The notes below the pieces were generated by a model. The model saw nothing but the letters and a program-made list of their open reading frames with translations. It was not told where the DNA came from and did not search any database. A DNA stretch of 63,475 nt, filler included. It is 6 parts of 6 records of this genome, joined end to end, with 100 filler letters (N's around TTAATTAATTAA, not from the genome) between each part and the next. Parts side by side here need not be neighbours in the genome. Positions count along the whole stretch, not along the records: positions 1 to 12,267 come from SRR22947725_1714; positions 12,368 to 27,748 come from SRR22947725_1717; 4 more parts are not named here. The stretch is one strand, 5' to 3'. A program made the translations under genes and the position numbers. Shown in pieces: positions 10,097-18,654 of this stretch (positions are counted from its first letter, which is position 1; the number at the start of each line of letters is the position of its first letter).

Positions 10097-11845
10097 AACC
10101 TGAGGGACAATGAAACAATTGAGAAGGCATCGTTCACATCGAATGGTGGAGCGCGCATTCGACTGCTCAATCAAAGACTGATTCAAAGCCAGACTATCCA
10201 TGCGGGTGGACGCTGCTTATCCTCTGATGAACCTACCCGAACATTTGCCATCTCAAGCAAGGAATCCGAGCCGGTAACATTGGAAATCATCTGGCCTGAC
10301 AACCGCAAGACACGGATTGCCAATGTTGATTTCAATCAACATTATGTGGTGCGATACTCGGAAGAGCACTCAAGGCAAGAACAAAGGGGGACGACAGATA
10401 ATAAACCGCTTTTCACAGATATCAGTCATTTATTGAATTACAAACACCAAGCCTCGCCAAACGTCGCCTCCTCTGCAGACGCATCGAAACCATTGGTAGA
10501 ACCCAATGCTCCAGGTGTGAGTTGGTTTGGTGTAAATCAAGATGGCTGGGAAGAACTTTGGATTTCCAGTGGGCTCAATCAGGCTCCCGGCATTTTCATC
10601 AATCGCAAAGGCAAGAGTTTTGAGGCTCTCCCATCACAGGCTGAGCAAAGAGCCCCACTGGGAGCATCCGTGCCTTGGGACAATGGTGGGGGAAAGCGTT
10701 ATTGGTTGGTTGCCGCTTCCCACCGAGTAACTCGGCCTAACCGAAGCAGTGCGGTGTTTTTCTTCAATGGCACCTCTACTCAACCTGAGTTGCAAATAGA
10801 AATCGGCTCTGAAGGCATTGGTACTCTGTGCGTCGCAGATGTAGATATGGACGGAGACCAAGACTTGTTTATCGGTTCTACATCGCCATACAAAAGATAT
10901 CCAGAACCTGTGAATTCGCAAATCTGGTTGAATCAGGATGGGACACTCACGAAAAGTCGCGAATGGAGTCAACCTTTTGTAAAAGCTGGTTATATAAGCG
11001 CGGCTGTATTTCTTGACCTTGAGGGAGATGGTCGACCGGATTTGGCACTTGCAACCGAATGGGGACCTGTGAAAGTGTTTCACAACAGTTCAATCGGGTT
11101 TATCAATCAAACCAGCTCGCTGGGGCTCAACACTCAAACAGGGCGATCGAGATCCGTTGCTACAGGAGATTTTGATAATGATGGCAAAATGGATCTTGTC
11201 GCTGGCAACAAAGGATTGAACACCTCAAGTACACTTCATCATCATTCCAAAGAAAAAATTTGGTTTGGAAGCAAAAGGGAGAATAACCAAGTAGAATCCA
11301 TTGAATCTTTTTTGAGCGGTGAAGACTGGCTGCCCTACCGAGATCGAACTATTCTATCCATATTTTTCCCCGAGCTGACTCGTATCATCAACAATCACCA
11401 CCAGTTCAGCAAAAGCAGGATAAACTCTGTTCTGGGAGACAGGTTCAAAAACTTTAAATTTCAGGAGAACAGAATTTACGAACCCAGTGTCTTCCTGAAC
11501 CAACAAGTTGGTTTTCAACGACTACCGATTCATCCGGACGCTCATGAATCACCTGTTTTTTCCATAAGCTTAAGTAATATAAACAAAGACCATTTCTTGG
11601 ATATCTTTTTAGGTCAAAACAAGTTTCCGGATAATCCCGAAGTTACACGCAATGATAATGGCCAAGGAATTTGGTTAATGGGTGATGGAGAGGGGTCATT
11701 CGGGTATGCGGGATCAGTAAAAACAGGCATTGAAGTTTTCGGGCAATCGCGTGGTTCATCAATCAATGATTTCAATAAGGATGGAAAGCCAGATTTGGTA
11801 GTAGTGCAAAAAAATGCAGAAGCACGCCTTTTCAATGGGTTTTGA
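10097..11845 (+). pseudogene. 5'-truncated ASPIC/UnbV + FG-GAP/VCBS repeat (CRTAC1-like) gene
   Basis: Frame opens after a stop at 10094-96 with no ATG or signal peptide, mid-ASPIC domain (GARIRL..QSQ..GGRCLSSDEP..LEIIWP); DVDMDGDQDL, DFDNDGKMDL, DFNKDGKPDL repeats follow. Confidence 0.6.
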
Positions 11846-12078
11846 CCCAAAATAGGCTTGGCTTTTTTATTACCGCCAAGCAGGAGCTGTGAATGGGTAT
11901 GCGGATGACCACTCCAGAGTGCCTGAGAACTAACTCCTAATATAGCACATATCCATCCATAAATCTCACTTATTGCACTTTACTTTAAAAAATGCCCACC
12001 ATAGGGTTGGATCAAACCCAAATGTTGGAAGACGCTACGACGTCTGGAAATGTAAGGTACGAATAGCTAAACCAAATT

Positions 12079-12267
12079 ATGTTTAAATACAAAAACCTCC
12101 TGCTCACAGTAGCAGCAACCTTGACGCTTCAATGCACGGTTTCGGCCAATGACATTGAACCCGGCAAGGAATTCTACACAGCGATCAAGGCGCCTGCGCC
12201 GATCGTTTTGGATGGTGATCTCTCCGAATGGAGAGGCGCTTCACTTCTGGCAGACCCAAGATTCTCG
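12079..12267 (+). CDS. Secreted protein N-terminus (CBM9/sugar-binding-like), truncated at contig end
   Basis: Signal peptide then APIVLDGDLSEW motif. Confidence 0.6.
12238..12267 (+). repeat. 30-bp direct repeat, copy 2
   Basis: Identical to 1-30. Confidence 0.95.
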
Positions 12268-12367
12268 NNNNNNNNNNNNNNNNNNNNNNNNNNNNNNNNN
12301 NNNNNNNNNNNTTAATTAATTAANNNNNNNNNNNNNNNNNNNNNNNNNNNNNNNNNNNNNNNNNNNN
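12268..12367. other. Artificial contig spacer
   Basis: 100 bp: N-run, ttaattaattaa (stops in all six frames), N-run. Confidence 0.99.
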
Positions 12368-12684
12368 CATCTCTTATTATTAAAGAGCCACACAATCCAT
12401 GATGCGTACATCAGTGTATAAATAATTGCAAATATTGCATCCCAAATTTGAAGGAATTGGCTATAGCAAAGAAGCTGTTCTTGAGATCTTGATTCAAAGA
12501 AGCTCAGAACCATATCCTTTGTGTAAGAAAAAGAGAGGCCCAATGAATTTGAGCCGCTATCCAGCTTGAAACAGGCTCCAGCAGGAGTTAAGATAAGTGT
12601 GATATAAAGTATGAATGCCACAGTAGAGCCTATAGCAAAATAGAGAATATTTTTGTTCATTGAAACTAGAGTTGTTTTACTCAT
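12368..12684 (-). CDS. Hypothetical membrane protein (3'-truncated)
   Basis: Hydrophobic segments; runs into spacer. Confidence 0.6.
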
Positions 12685-12772
12685 ATTTTTAAATTGATGG
12701 TTATGTTAATATTAGTCCCTTATCTATTTATGAGTCAATATACACTATCCATTAGTTGCCAATAAAATTTGA

Positions 12773-12952
12773 ATGAGAATTAGAACTAAAGAGTGCTTTA
12801 ATTGTAGTAAAGAGAAAAACACACTGTATCGTTGTAAATATCAGCAGAGAGAGTGGTCATTTCTTTGTGGAGGGTGTCTTGAGAAGATAAAGGCCAAGTA
12901 CGAAGACTCTTATCACTATGGCGGCACCTGGAAGAGCGCTAAAAATTCTTAA
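12773..12952 (+). CDS. 59-aa zinc-ribbon-like small protein (missing from ORF track)
   Basis: MRIRTKECFNCSKEKNTLYRCKYQQREWSFLCGGCLEKIKAKYEDSYHYGGTWKSAKNS; two CxxC and YxYGGTWK tail. Confidence 0.75.
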   Translation: MRIRTKECFNCSKEKNTLYRCKYQQREWSFLCGGCLEKIKAKYEDSYHYGGTWKSAKNS

Positions 12953-12955
12953 AAG

Positions 12956-12979
12956 CTTTATTTAAAGAACTCTTAATCT
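12956..12979 (+). promoter_or_regulatory. Conserved upstream element, copy 1
   Basis: ctttatttaaagaactcttaatct; 22/24 identical to 18605-18628; starts 49 bp before TATAAT (13005). Confidence 0.6.
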
Positions 12980-13018
12980 TCACTTTTCTTGTTTATTGAT
13001 TCCTTATAATGTCATTTT

Positions 13019-13324
13019 ATGAAAAAGATTATTTTATTGGTTTTCTCATTAGGTTTGCTGAATGCCTCTTTAGCTAATGACTTGAGTGATTGGACTACTG
13101 AAGACCTTTGCAGATGGGTGGACTCTGTATCCATACCTGAGCCTATCTCTCAAGAGATTGATTTGAGAGAGGTGATCTGTTATGACAATCTAGAATCAAG
13201 TCAGTATGCACTAGAAACCCCAACCTATAACGAGTATGGAACTGTCTTTCCATCACCTGTAATTAAAGAGAAAAAGAAATCAAGCGGTCTTAGATTTATA
13301 TTTAATTATAAGATAACGCTCTAA
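13019..13324 (+). CDS. Secreted small protein, C-x22-C family paralog A
   Basis: Signal peptide; DWTTEDLC-x22-C; GTVFPSP. Confidence 0.8.
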   Translation: MKKIILLVFSLGLLNASLANDLSDWTTEDLCRWVDSVSIPEPISQEIDLREVICYDNLESSQYALETPTYNEYGTVFPSPVIKEKKKSSGLRFIFNYKITL

Positions 13325-13384
13325 TCCTTCCTTTAGAATAATTACTTTAAACTTTTCAAATTAAACATTAGATTCAATAATAAT

Positions 13385-13594
13385 ATGAGTGGTCAGAGGC
13401 GATTTTTAAAAGTTTGGGCAAGGACTGTTGGGATGCCAATCGGTGTCAATGATGAGGATAAGCCTGAGTTTTTACCTATTACGCAGACCGATGTAAAAAA
13501 GGCATTGGCTTTTAGAACATTTTGGATTGTTCTTCATATAGTCACCTGTGTTCTCATTATTGCAGGAAATGGAAGAGCATTAGGCTGGTGGTAA
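13385..13594 (+). CDS. Small conserved membrane protein
   Basis: 69 aa; WARTVG..., C-terminal TM ending IIAGNGR..GWW. Confidence 0.65.
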   Translation: MSGQRRFLKVWARTVGMPIGVNDEDKPEFLPITQTDVKKALAFRTFWIVLHIVTCVLIIAGNGRALGWW

Positions 13595-14187
13595 ACACTG
13601 CGAAACAATTTATAGCATTCATTTTGCTGTCTTTTATAGCGACTGTTTCTCTAGCACAGAATGATCTTGTGTTTCCAATTCAGGAGGGTGCAGTTAGTGA
13701 CTGGAAGTACGTTAGTGATCGAGTCATGGGAGGCGTTTCTGAGGGCAATGTTTACTTGGAGAAAGATGGAAATACTTCATTTGCAAGGCTCATTGGTGAT
13801 GTGAGCACAAGGAATAATGGGGGATTCATTCAGTTACGTTCTGCTGTCTCTCTATTTAAAAAGCCTAAGATGTTTCAGTTGATTCATGATGCGAATAAAG
13901 AAGGTCAAGAGCTTCAAGGAGTTCGATTGAACGTTCGCGGCAATGGAGAGACCTACCACGTTATGATTCGCACTTATTTCACTTGGAGGCCAAGTGATTA
14001 CTATTATCATACTTTTGAGGCAGGTGCTGATTGGAGTCAAGTAGAGATGCCGTTTAGTTTATTTAAGCGATCAACCTCAAAGACCTCTAAGCTGGACATT
14101 AATGACATAAGAGATTTTGGAATCGTAGCTTATGGGCGAGATTTTAACTCTGATGTTTCTGTCTCTGAGGTCAGCTTCTATTATTAA
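13588..14187 (+). CDS. CIA30-family (complex I intermediate-associated protein 30-like) secreted protein
   Basis: W..VSDRVMGGVS, GDVSTRNNGGFIQLR, VRGNGETY; probable GTG start near 13588 (ORF open from 13522). Confidence 0.85.
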   Translation: MVNTAKQFIAFILLSFIATVSLAQNDLVFPIQEGAVSDWKYVSDRVMGGVSEGNVYLEKDGNTSFARLIGDVSTRNNGGFIQLRSAVSLFKKPKMFQLIHDANKEGQELQGVRLNVRGNGETYHVMIRTYFTWRPSDYYYHTFEAGADWSQVEMPFSLFKRSTSKTSKLDINDIRDFGIVAYGRDFNSDVSVSEVSFYY

Positions 14188-14256
14188 GCTTTCTGTTTAG
14201 CCTAAAGAAAAACTTTGAACATCATTAAAGGTTAATTATGTTCTACAAACTAAGGT

Positions 14257-14454
14257 TTAAATCTCTTTAGATTTCTTTTGTTTTTCCTTGATCCAGCGAA
14301 CTCTTTTTCGCCAAAGCTTATAGGAGCTTGATTTAAGATTTGCTTGCATGATCCGTTTAACTTCGGGTTCCTTGATTCCGAGATCCCTCTCTATATCAGA
14401 AAATGTGACATCATCACTCCAGGCCATCTCAATTAACTCATTCGTATCGATCAT
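14257..14454 (-). CDS. TIGR03643/DUF2805 family protein
   Basis: IEMAWSDDVTF..I....GIKEPEV..IM..NLK.SSYKLWRKRV. Confidence 0.85.
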   Translation of the reverse strand: MIDTNELIEMAWSDDVTFSDIERDLGIKEPEVKRIMQANLKSSSYKLWRKRVRWIKEKQKKSKEI

Positions 14455-14624
14455 ATTGCATTATCCTCATTCATCAGAATAGGCCTACCATCTGGAGTGT
14501 TTAAGGGAATAATTTTGTCTTTGAACCTGGCACACAGAGTCGGACTATTTTGTTTTCTATCCCCTAGATTGACTTCAAGGTCAATGAGGACCAATTCGGC
14601 ATCTAAAACTTTTAGTACTTTCAT
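14451..14624 (-). CDS. 57-aa hypothetical protein (missing from ORF track)
   Basis: MKVLKVLDAELVLIDLEVNLGDRKQNSPTLCARFKDKIIPLNTPDGRPILMNEDNAI; GGAG SD; ATGA overlap with TIGR03643 gene. Confidence 0.7.
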   Translation of the reverse strand: MKVLKVLDAELVLIDLEVNLGDRKQNSPTLCARFKDKIIPLNTPDGRPILMNEDNAI

Positions 14625-15818
14625 TTACTCTCCATAATTAATAGCTTTATTTGGCTCAATGTTATCTAGAGCCGAGTTTATTAAATCACATTCTTGTTTA
14701 AAGATCTTTTCATCATCCGTTTCACTAAATTTATCAATTGCTGGCTTAAAAAATTGATCTTCAAGTGGATAGGTTGATGCGTAGTGTATATATTTTTTAA
14801 TATGTTCAAAAGGACTATTGGTTTGAATCAGTTTTCTGTTCACAATCTCATTAGCAAGGTAGTGGAGTGACATCCATGACATGCCATCTGCAAGATTCCA
14901 CATACAATCAAAAGATCCCTTGAGATAGCCAACTTCCACTAACCCATTGAAAAGACTGAATGCAAAACCCTCACCAAATGGACTTTCACCAGTATTTCTG
15001 ATCATAGGAACCCTGTCCTCTATATAGTTATTTTTATAAGCCCACTCGTTAAACTTTGCAGATGAGAGTCTGTCACTAAAGTCAGATGGCTGGCCTCTTG
15101 TTGCAAGCCTTTCAATGAGAACATACTCCTTTTTTTGTTTCAGATACCATTCAAGGTGCCCGTAATCATCATTTGAATAGAGGTTACTATTTATGACTAG
15201 TTTATTACCCTGATAATCTTGATATTCAATACTATCGGTTTCAAATAGTCTCTCACTCAGACTAAAGTTTTCAAAACCCTCGGTGCCTTGGACGGATGGA
15301 CTAAGACCAAGAAGAACAAAAAGAGCCTCCTCAATTCTGGTTGTTTGAGTCTGTGAAACTCTTCTCATATCGAAGCGTGCCATCTCAAGTTTATTGAGTC
15401 TAAAATGCCATTTCTGATAGTATTTATTCCATACTTTCCAAAACGATGAATACGATTTATCTAGCTCATAAGAGGCCCAAGTGCCACTCTGTTCATTGTC
15501 ACTGTTTCCCTCTATGGATGGAAGGGATGTAATCATATCTTCATCAATACTAACGCTTTTGGGATTATAGAAGCACCGGTATTCTTCAAGTTCTATCCAG
15601 CCAAAACTTGCATAAATTTCTCTCCATTTTTCAAAGGAAATATTGCCAGTTTTTATTTCACCAAATGCTCTTTTATTAGATTTTTCTTCCCAGTAATCAA
15701 CAATACTTTTGACTCGCAGTAACTCCTCTCTGAGCTCAGCAACAGCCTTATGAGTGTAGGCGCGTGTAACAGTAAATTTCATTTCACCGCTATATTTTTT
15801 ACGAGTAATATCGAGCAT
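14625..15818 (-). CDS. Hypothetical protein, 397 aa
   Basis: Long open frame in AT-rich DNA; no recognised domain. Confidence 0.7.
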   Translation of the reverse strand: MLDITRKKYSGEMKFTVTRAYTHKAVAELREELLRVKSIVDYWEEKSNKRAFGEIKTGNISFEKWREIYASFGWIELEEYRCFYNPKSVSIDEDMITSLPSIEGNSDNEQSGTWASYELDKSYSSFWKVWNKYYQKWHFRLNKLEMARFDMRRVSQTQTTRIEEALFVLLGLSPSVQGTEGFENFSLSERLFETDSIEYQDYQGNKLVINSNLYSNDDYGHLEWYLKQKKEYVLIERLATRGQPSDFSDRLSSAKFNEWAYKNNYIEDRVPMIRNTGESPFGEGFAFSLFNGLVEVGYLKGSFDCMWNLADGMSWMSLHYLANEIVNRKLIQTNSPFEHIKKYIHYASTYPLEDQFFKPAIDKFSETDDEKIFKQECDLINSALDNIEPNKAINYGE

Positions 15819-15930
15819 CTATTCCAAACTATTGAAAAACTATCTCTTTCATTAAAAAAACACTTAATTTACATTGATTCTCATAGAAAACAGCATATAT
15901 TAAGTGTTTTTTTTATAAACTTATCTTATT

Positions 15931-16227
15931 ATGAAAAGTCGATATTTAATTGCTTTTGTTCTAGGTTTTGCAAGCACTTCACATGGCGCTCTTTTGGATG
16001 ACTGGTCTAATGATGATTTGTGTGGATGGATGGAGTCGGCAGCAACTCCTGAATATATTCAGAAAGAAGTTCTTAAGAGAGAGATCATTTGTTATGGAGG
16101 TGTTGAGGTTTCTTCTTTGCCAGATGATAAATTAGTCACTTCAGGAGTTGGGACAACTTTTCCTTCACCAGATCCTTCTTTAATTCCTGTGACGACAAAT
16201 GATAAAGATAAGTCTTACTCATATTAG
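15931..16227 (+). CDS. Secreted small protein, C-x22-C family paralog B
   Basis: Signal peptide; DWSNDDLC-x22-C; GTTFPSP. Confidence 0.8.
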   Translation: MKSRYLIAFVLGFASTSHGALLDDWSNDDLCGWMESAATPEYIQKEVLKREIICYGGVEVSSLPDDKLVTSGVGTTFPSPDPSLIPVTTNDKDKSYSY

Positions 16228-16242
16228 GGTCGCTTGAAAGGT

Positions 16243-16815
16243 TTACTCGCTAAGCCTAAATGGTGGGTACTTATCCGTTGTCAAAAGAAGAGCAAATGCG
16301 CTAACCCTTAATGACCATCTTAAAAAACCTTCATTAAATCTAAATATGGCTATTGGATATTTACCTGTAAATAAGATAGCGATTAAACCAAAAATTGTGC
16401 CTAGTACAACACCAATAAAAATAATGATTAGCGCAATGATATGAGGGATTACGAGGATCCATTTAACGAGTGGCATCCATCTCTTTAGATCTTGTTTAAC
16501 ATCGGGAAAGGGGATAGTTAGGTGGACTGATTGATCATCATCCGTCGACGGGTACTCATCTCTCATGAGGAAAACATAAGCCACGATTCTGTATGCAAAT
16601 TTAGTGATGCCAATGTTCCAGTCAAACCACCACTTTGGGTATTTTTCTTTAAAGAGAATCATCATCGCAATCGCAAAGGATAAGGCTTCAGCATAGGTTG
16701 AAATCAGGGCTAGGATAATGACAACTGGGATGACAAGAATCAGCCTAAAGACGGCAGTTAACCGATCCGATGATTCAGGATAATCAATTTTTAAATTTAC
16801 GGGATACTCTTGCAT
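16243..16815 (-). CDS. DUF4389 domain membrane protein
   Basis: Duplicated unit: RLILVIP..LF..KYP.....R..AY...MRDEYP and LVKWILVIPH..LFTGKYP..LRWSLRV....LTTDKYPPF. Confidence 0.85.
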   Translation of the reverse strand: MQEYPVNLKIDYPESSDRLTAVFRLILVIPVVIILALISTYAEALSFAIAMMILFKEKYPKWWFDWNIGITKFAYRIVAYVFLMRDEYPSTDDDQSVHLTIPFPDVKQDLKRWMPLVKWILVIPHIIALIIIFIGVVLGTIFGLIAILFTGKYPIAIFRFNEGFLRWSLRVSAFALLLTTDKYPPFRLSE

Positions 16816-16993
16816 GCTTCCTCTATGAAAAAAATAATGAATTATTTAAAAAATTCTATATAGACAATATAACCCACAAGTATTAACCATATAAGGCCCA
16901 TATTATCACTGATTCTATTTGAGTTTTTTTGGAGTTTTTCTAGATTATTGTCAATACGGCTGAGTTGCTCGATCAACTGATTTTTTTCATTTG

Positions 16994-17179
16994 TCATTTT
17001 TCATCTCTCTTAAAGGTTTCATTAAAAATTGCATCAACCCTCCTAGTAAATTCATCCTGCGTATAGACATCGATGAAAAGACCTTGCACGTACTCTTTAA
17101 ACTTTTGAGTCTTTTGTTGATGCACTATGAGTTCGTCTTGAGTATCTTTTGTTTGTGGATCTAGTTCAGATATTTCCAT
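16994..17179 (-). CDS. Small hypothetical protein
   Basis: 61 aa with strong GGAGG SD. Confidence 0.6.
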   Translation of the reverse strand: MEISELDPQTKDTQDELIVHQQKTQKFKEYVQGLFIDVYTQDEFTRRVDAIFNETFKRDEK

Positions 17180-17201
17180 TACTTCCTCCTGGTATTAATT
17201 A

Positions 17202-17417
17202 TTAGTTTATAAAAAAAACTTCTTGTATTTCCCTATCAAATGCCAGCGCAATCTTAAATGCTAGATCTAGTGAGGGCGTGTACTTATACTTTTCAATAGC
17301 AACGATCGTCTGTCTTGAAACGCCAACAAGTTCTGCAAGTCCCTGCTGCGTCATTTCATCGTTATTAAACCTGAGCTTTCTGACGGCATTTTCTATGTGA
17401 ATCTTTTTCTTAATCAT
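17202..17417 (-). CDS. XRE/Cro-C1 HTH transcriptional regulator
   Basis: MTQQGLAELVGVSRQTIVAIEK.KY.PSL.LAFKIA..F...I.EVF. Confidence 0.92.
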   Translation of the reverse strand: MIKKKIHIENAVRKLRFNNDEMTQQGLAELVGVSRQTIVAIEKYKYTPSLDLAFKIALAFDREIQEVFFIN

Positions 17418-17419
17418 TA

Positions 17420-17839
17420 CTATCTGTAGAGGTAAATTTTTAAGAAAGTACTACAGATGCTTGCTAAGAACACTGAAAAAGTTATAGCAATTATTCCTAA
17501 GTTTATAGGTAGGTTAAACCATCCTAATAGAGCAAGAATAATTACAAGGGAGATACCAAATATGACACCACTTAACCTCCAAGCATAGAACTCAATCATA
17601 TTATCCCTTTCATCTACGACATTTTTTTCTTCGCTCTTAGTAATGATTGCTGAAACTATGGCGATAACTATGGCAAAAAAGATAGTTGCAAGTATTGATA
17701 TTCCAATGCCTTGAACAAGCACTTGAGTAATTGAAGCAATACTCATATTAGCAGCTGCATTTAATTTAGAGTACATCCAGATAATTGCTATTGAAGCTGA
17801 GATTATTTCGGTTAAAGTATTTCTAATTTTTATATTCAT
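17420..17839 (-). CDS. Four-TM membrane protein co-transcribed with XRE regulator (DUF2178-like)
   Basis: DERD motif between TM pairs; 2 bp from regulator start. Confidence 0.7.
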   Translation of the reverse strand: MNIKIRNTLTEIISASIAIIWMYSKLNAAANMSIASITQVLVQGIGISILATIFFAIVIAIVSAIITKSEEKNVVDERDNMIEFYAWRLSGVIFGISLVIILALLGWFNLPINLGIIAITFSVFLASICSTFLKIYLYR

Positions 17840-17863
17840 ATCTATATTTATAAGTTATTTAAT

Positions 17864-17925
17864 ATGTAAAGTATAACATACATAATGTAATAATTAATTT
17901 ACTTTATGTTAAAAAAATATTACAT
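17864..17925. promoter_or_regulatory. Three tandem 20-bp imperfect palindromes (putative XRE operators)
   Basis: ATGTAAAGTATAACATACAT, ATGTAATAATTAATTTACTT, ATGTTAAAAAAATATTACAT at a 21-bp period. Confidence 0.65.
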
Positions 17926-17983
17926 TTAGTATGATTGACAATATATTTATTGCGACAGATACACTTTATAATTTACAACCATA

Positions 17984-18334
17984 ATGAGAATATTTCTTTT
18001 TATTTCACTGGCACTTATCAGTCAATTTGTTTTTGCATCTTTAGATGCCAGTGATTATAGTGATGACCAGATTTGTATATTTGCAAAGGACCCTCCACTA
18101 CCTTCAAAGATTACTTTTGAGATAGAGTCTAGAGGTATTATTTGTAATGAGGGGGCTGCACTTAAAAAATCTGAAACATCAATCGCTCAAGAAAGCGAAC
18201 GATTTCTTAGATTAAAAAGATGGAATAAGATGCTTAGAGGAAAGAGGCCAGTATATTCAACGCGCTCAGGAACCAGCATCAAGATTAATACTTTTGGTGC
18301 TGAGAAGTCGATAACAGTTGATAAGGCGTTTTAA
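17984..18334 (+). CDS. Secreted small protein, C-x22-C family paralog C
   Basis: Signal peptide; DYSDDQIC-x22-C with P..I..EI..R.IIC. Confidence 0.75.
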   Translation: MRIFLFISLALISQFVFASLDASDYSDDQICIFAKDPPLPSKITFEIESRGIICNEGAALKKSETSIAQESERFLRLKRWNKMLRGKRPVYSTRSGTSIKINTFGAEKSITVDKAF

Positions 18335-18391
18335 TCTTTGAGTGGTGAAAAAAATAGATATTGCAAAACAATCTTAGCAAACTGATAGTTT

Positions 18392-18583
18392 ATGGCAAGA
18401 GGACAAAAATCGTTTCATCATTTAAACAGATCACTAGTCAATGACGATGAAATATATATGATGGTTATGCTGTATACCTACCAACATAAAAGTTTGGAGC
18501 ATTTAGCACGTAAATTCAAAGTCAGCACTTCAGTAGCGAAAGAGATTATTATTCGAAGTCGCTTTGGTGGGGCATGTGGTTAG
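18392..18583 (+). CDS. Small hypothetical protein, HTH-like
   Basis: SLEHLARKFKVSTSVAKEII resembles a helix-turn-helix. Confidence 0.55.
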   Translation: MARGQKSFHHLNRSLVNDDEIYMMVMLYTYQHKSLEHLARKFKVSTSVAKEIIIRSRFGGACG

Positions 18584-18604
18584 TGTTTAAGTTGGAATAA
18601 ATAT

Positions 18605-18628
18605 CTTTATCTAAAGAACTCTGAATCT
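18605..18628 (+). promoter_or_regulatory. Conserved upstream element, copy 2
   Basis: ctttatctaaagaactctgaatct; starts 49 bp before TATGAT (18654). Confidence 0.6.
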
Positions 18629-18654
18629 ACATTTAATCTTCATATCTTGTCGAT

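Noticed and set aside
12312-12323. Repeated TTAATTAATTAA palindrome (five copies)
   Set aside because: Centred in N-runs; an artificial six-frame-stop linker, not biological.
15750-16001. 83-aa ORF bridging two genes
   Set aside because: Overlaps two better-supported genes and an AT-rich promoter region; no SD or motif.
18038-18061. LDASDY in ORF 17984 matches the N-terminal stretch of classic green proteorhodopsin as I recall it
   Set aside because: Only six residues, explained by the family D[WY]S motif, and no TM helices follow; treated as coincidence.
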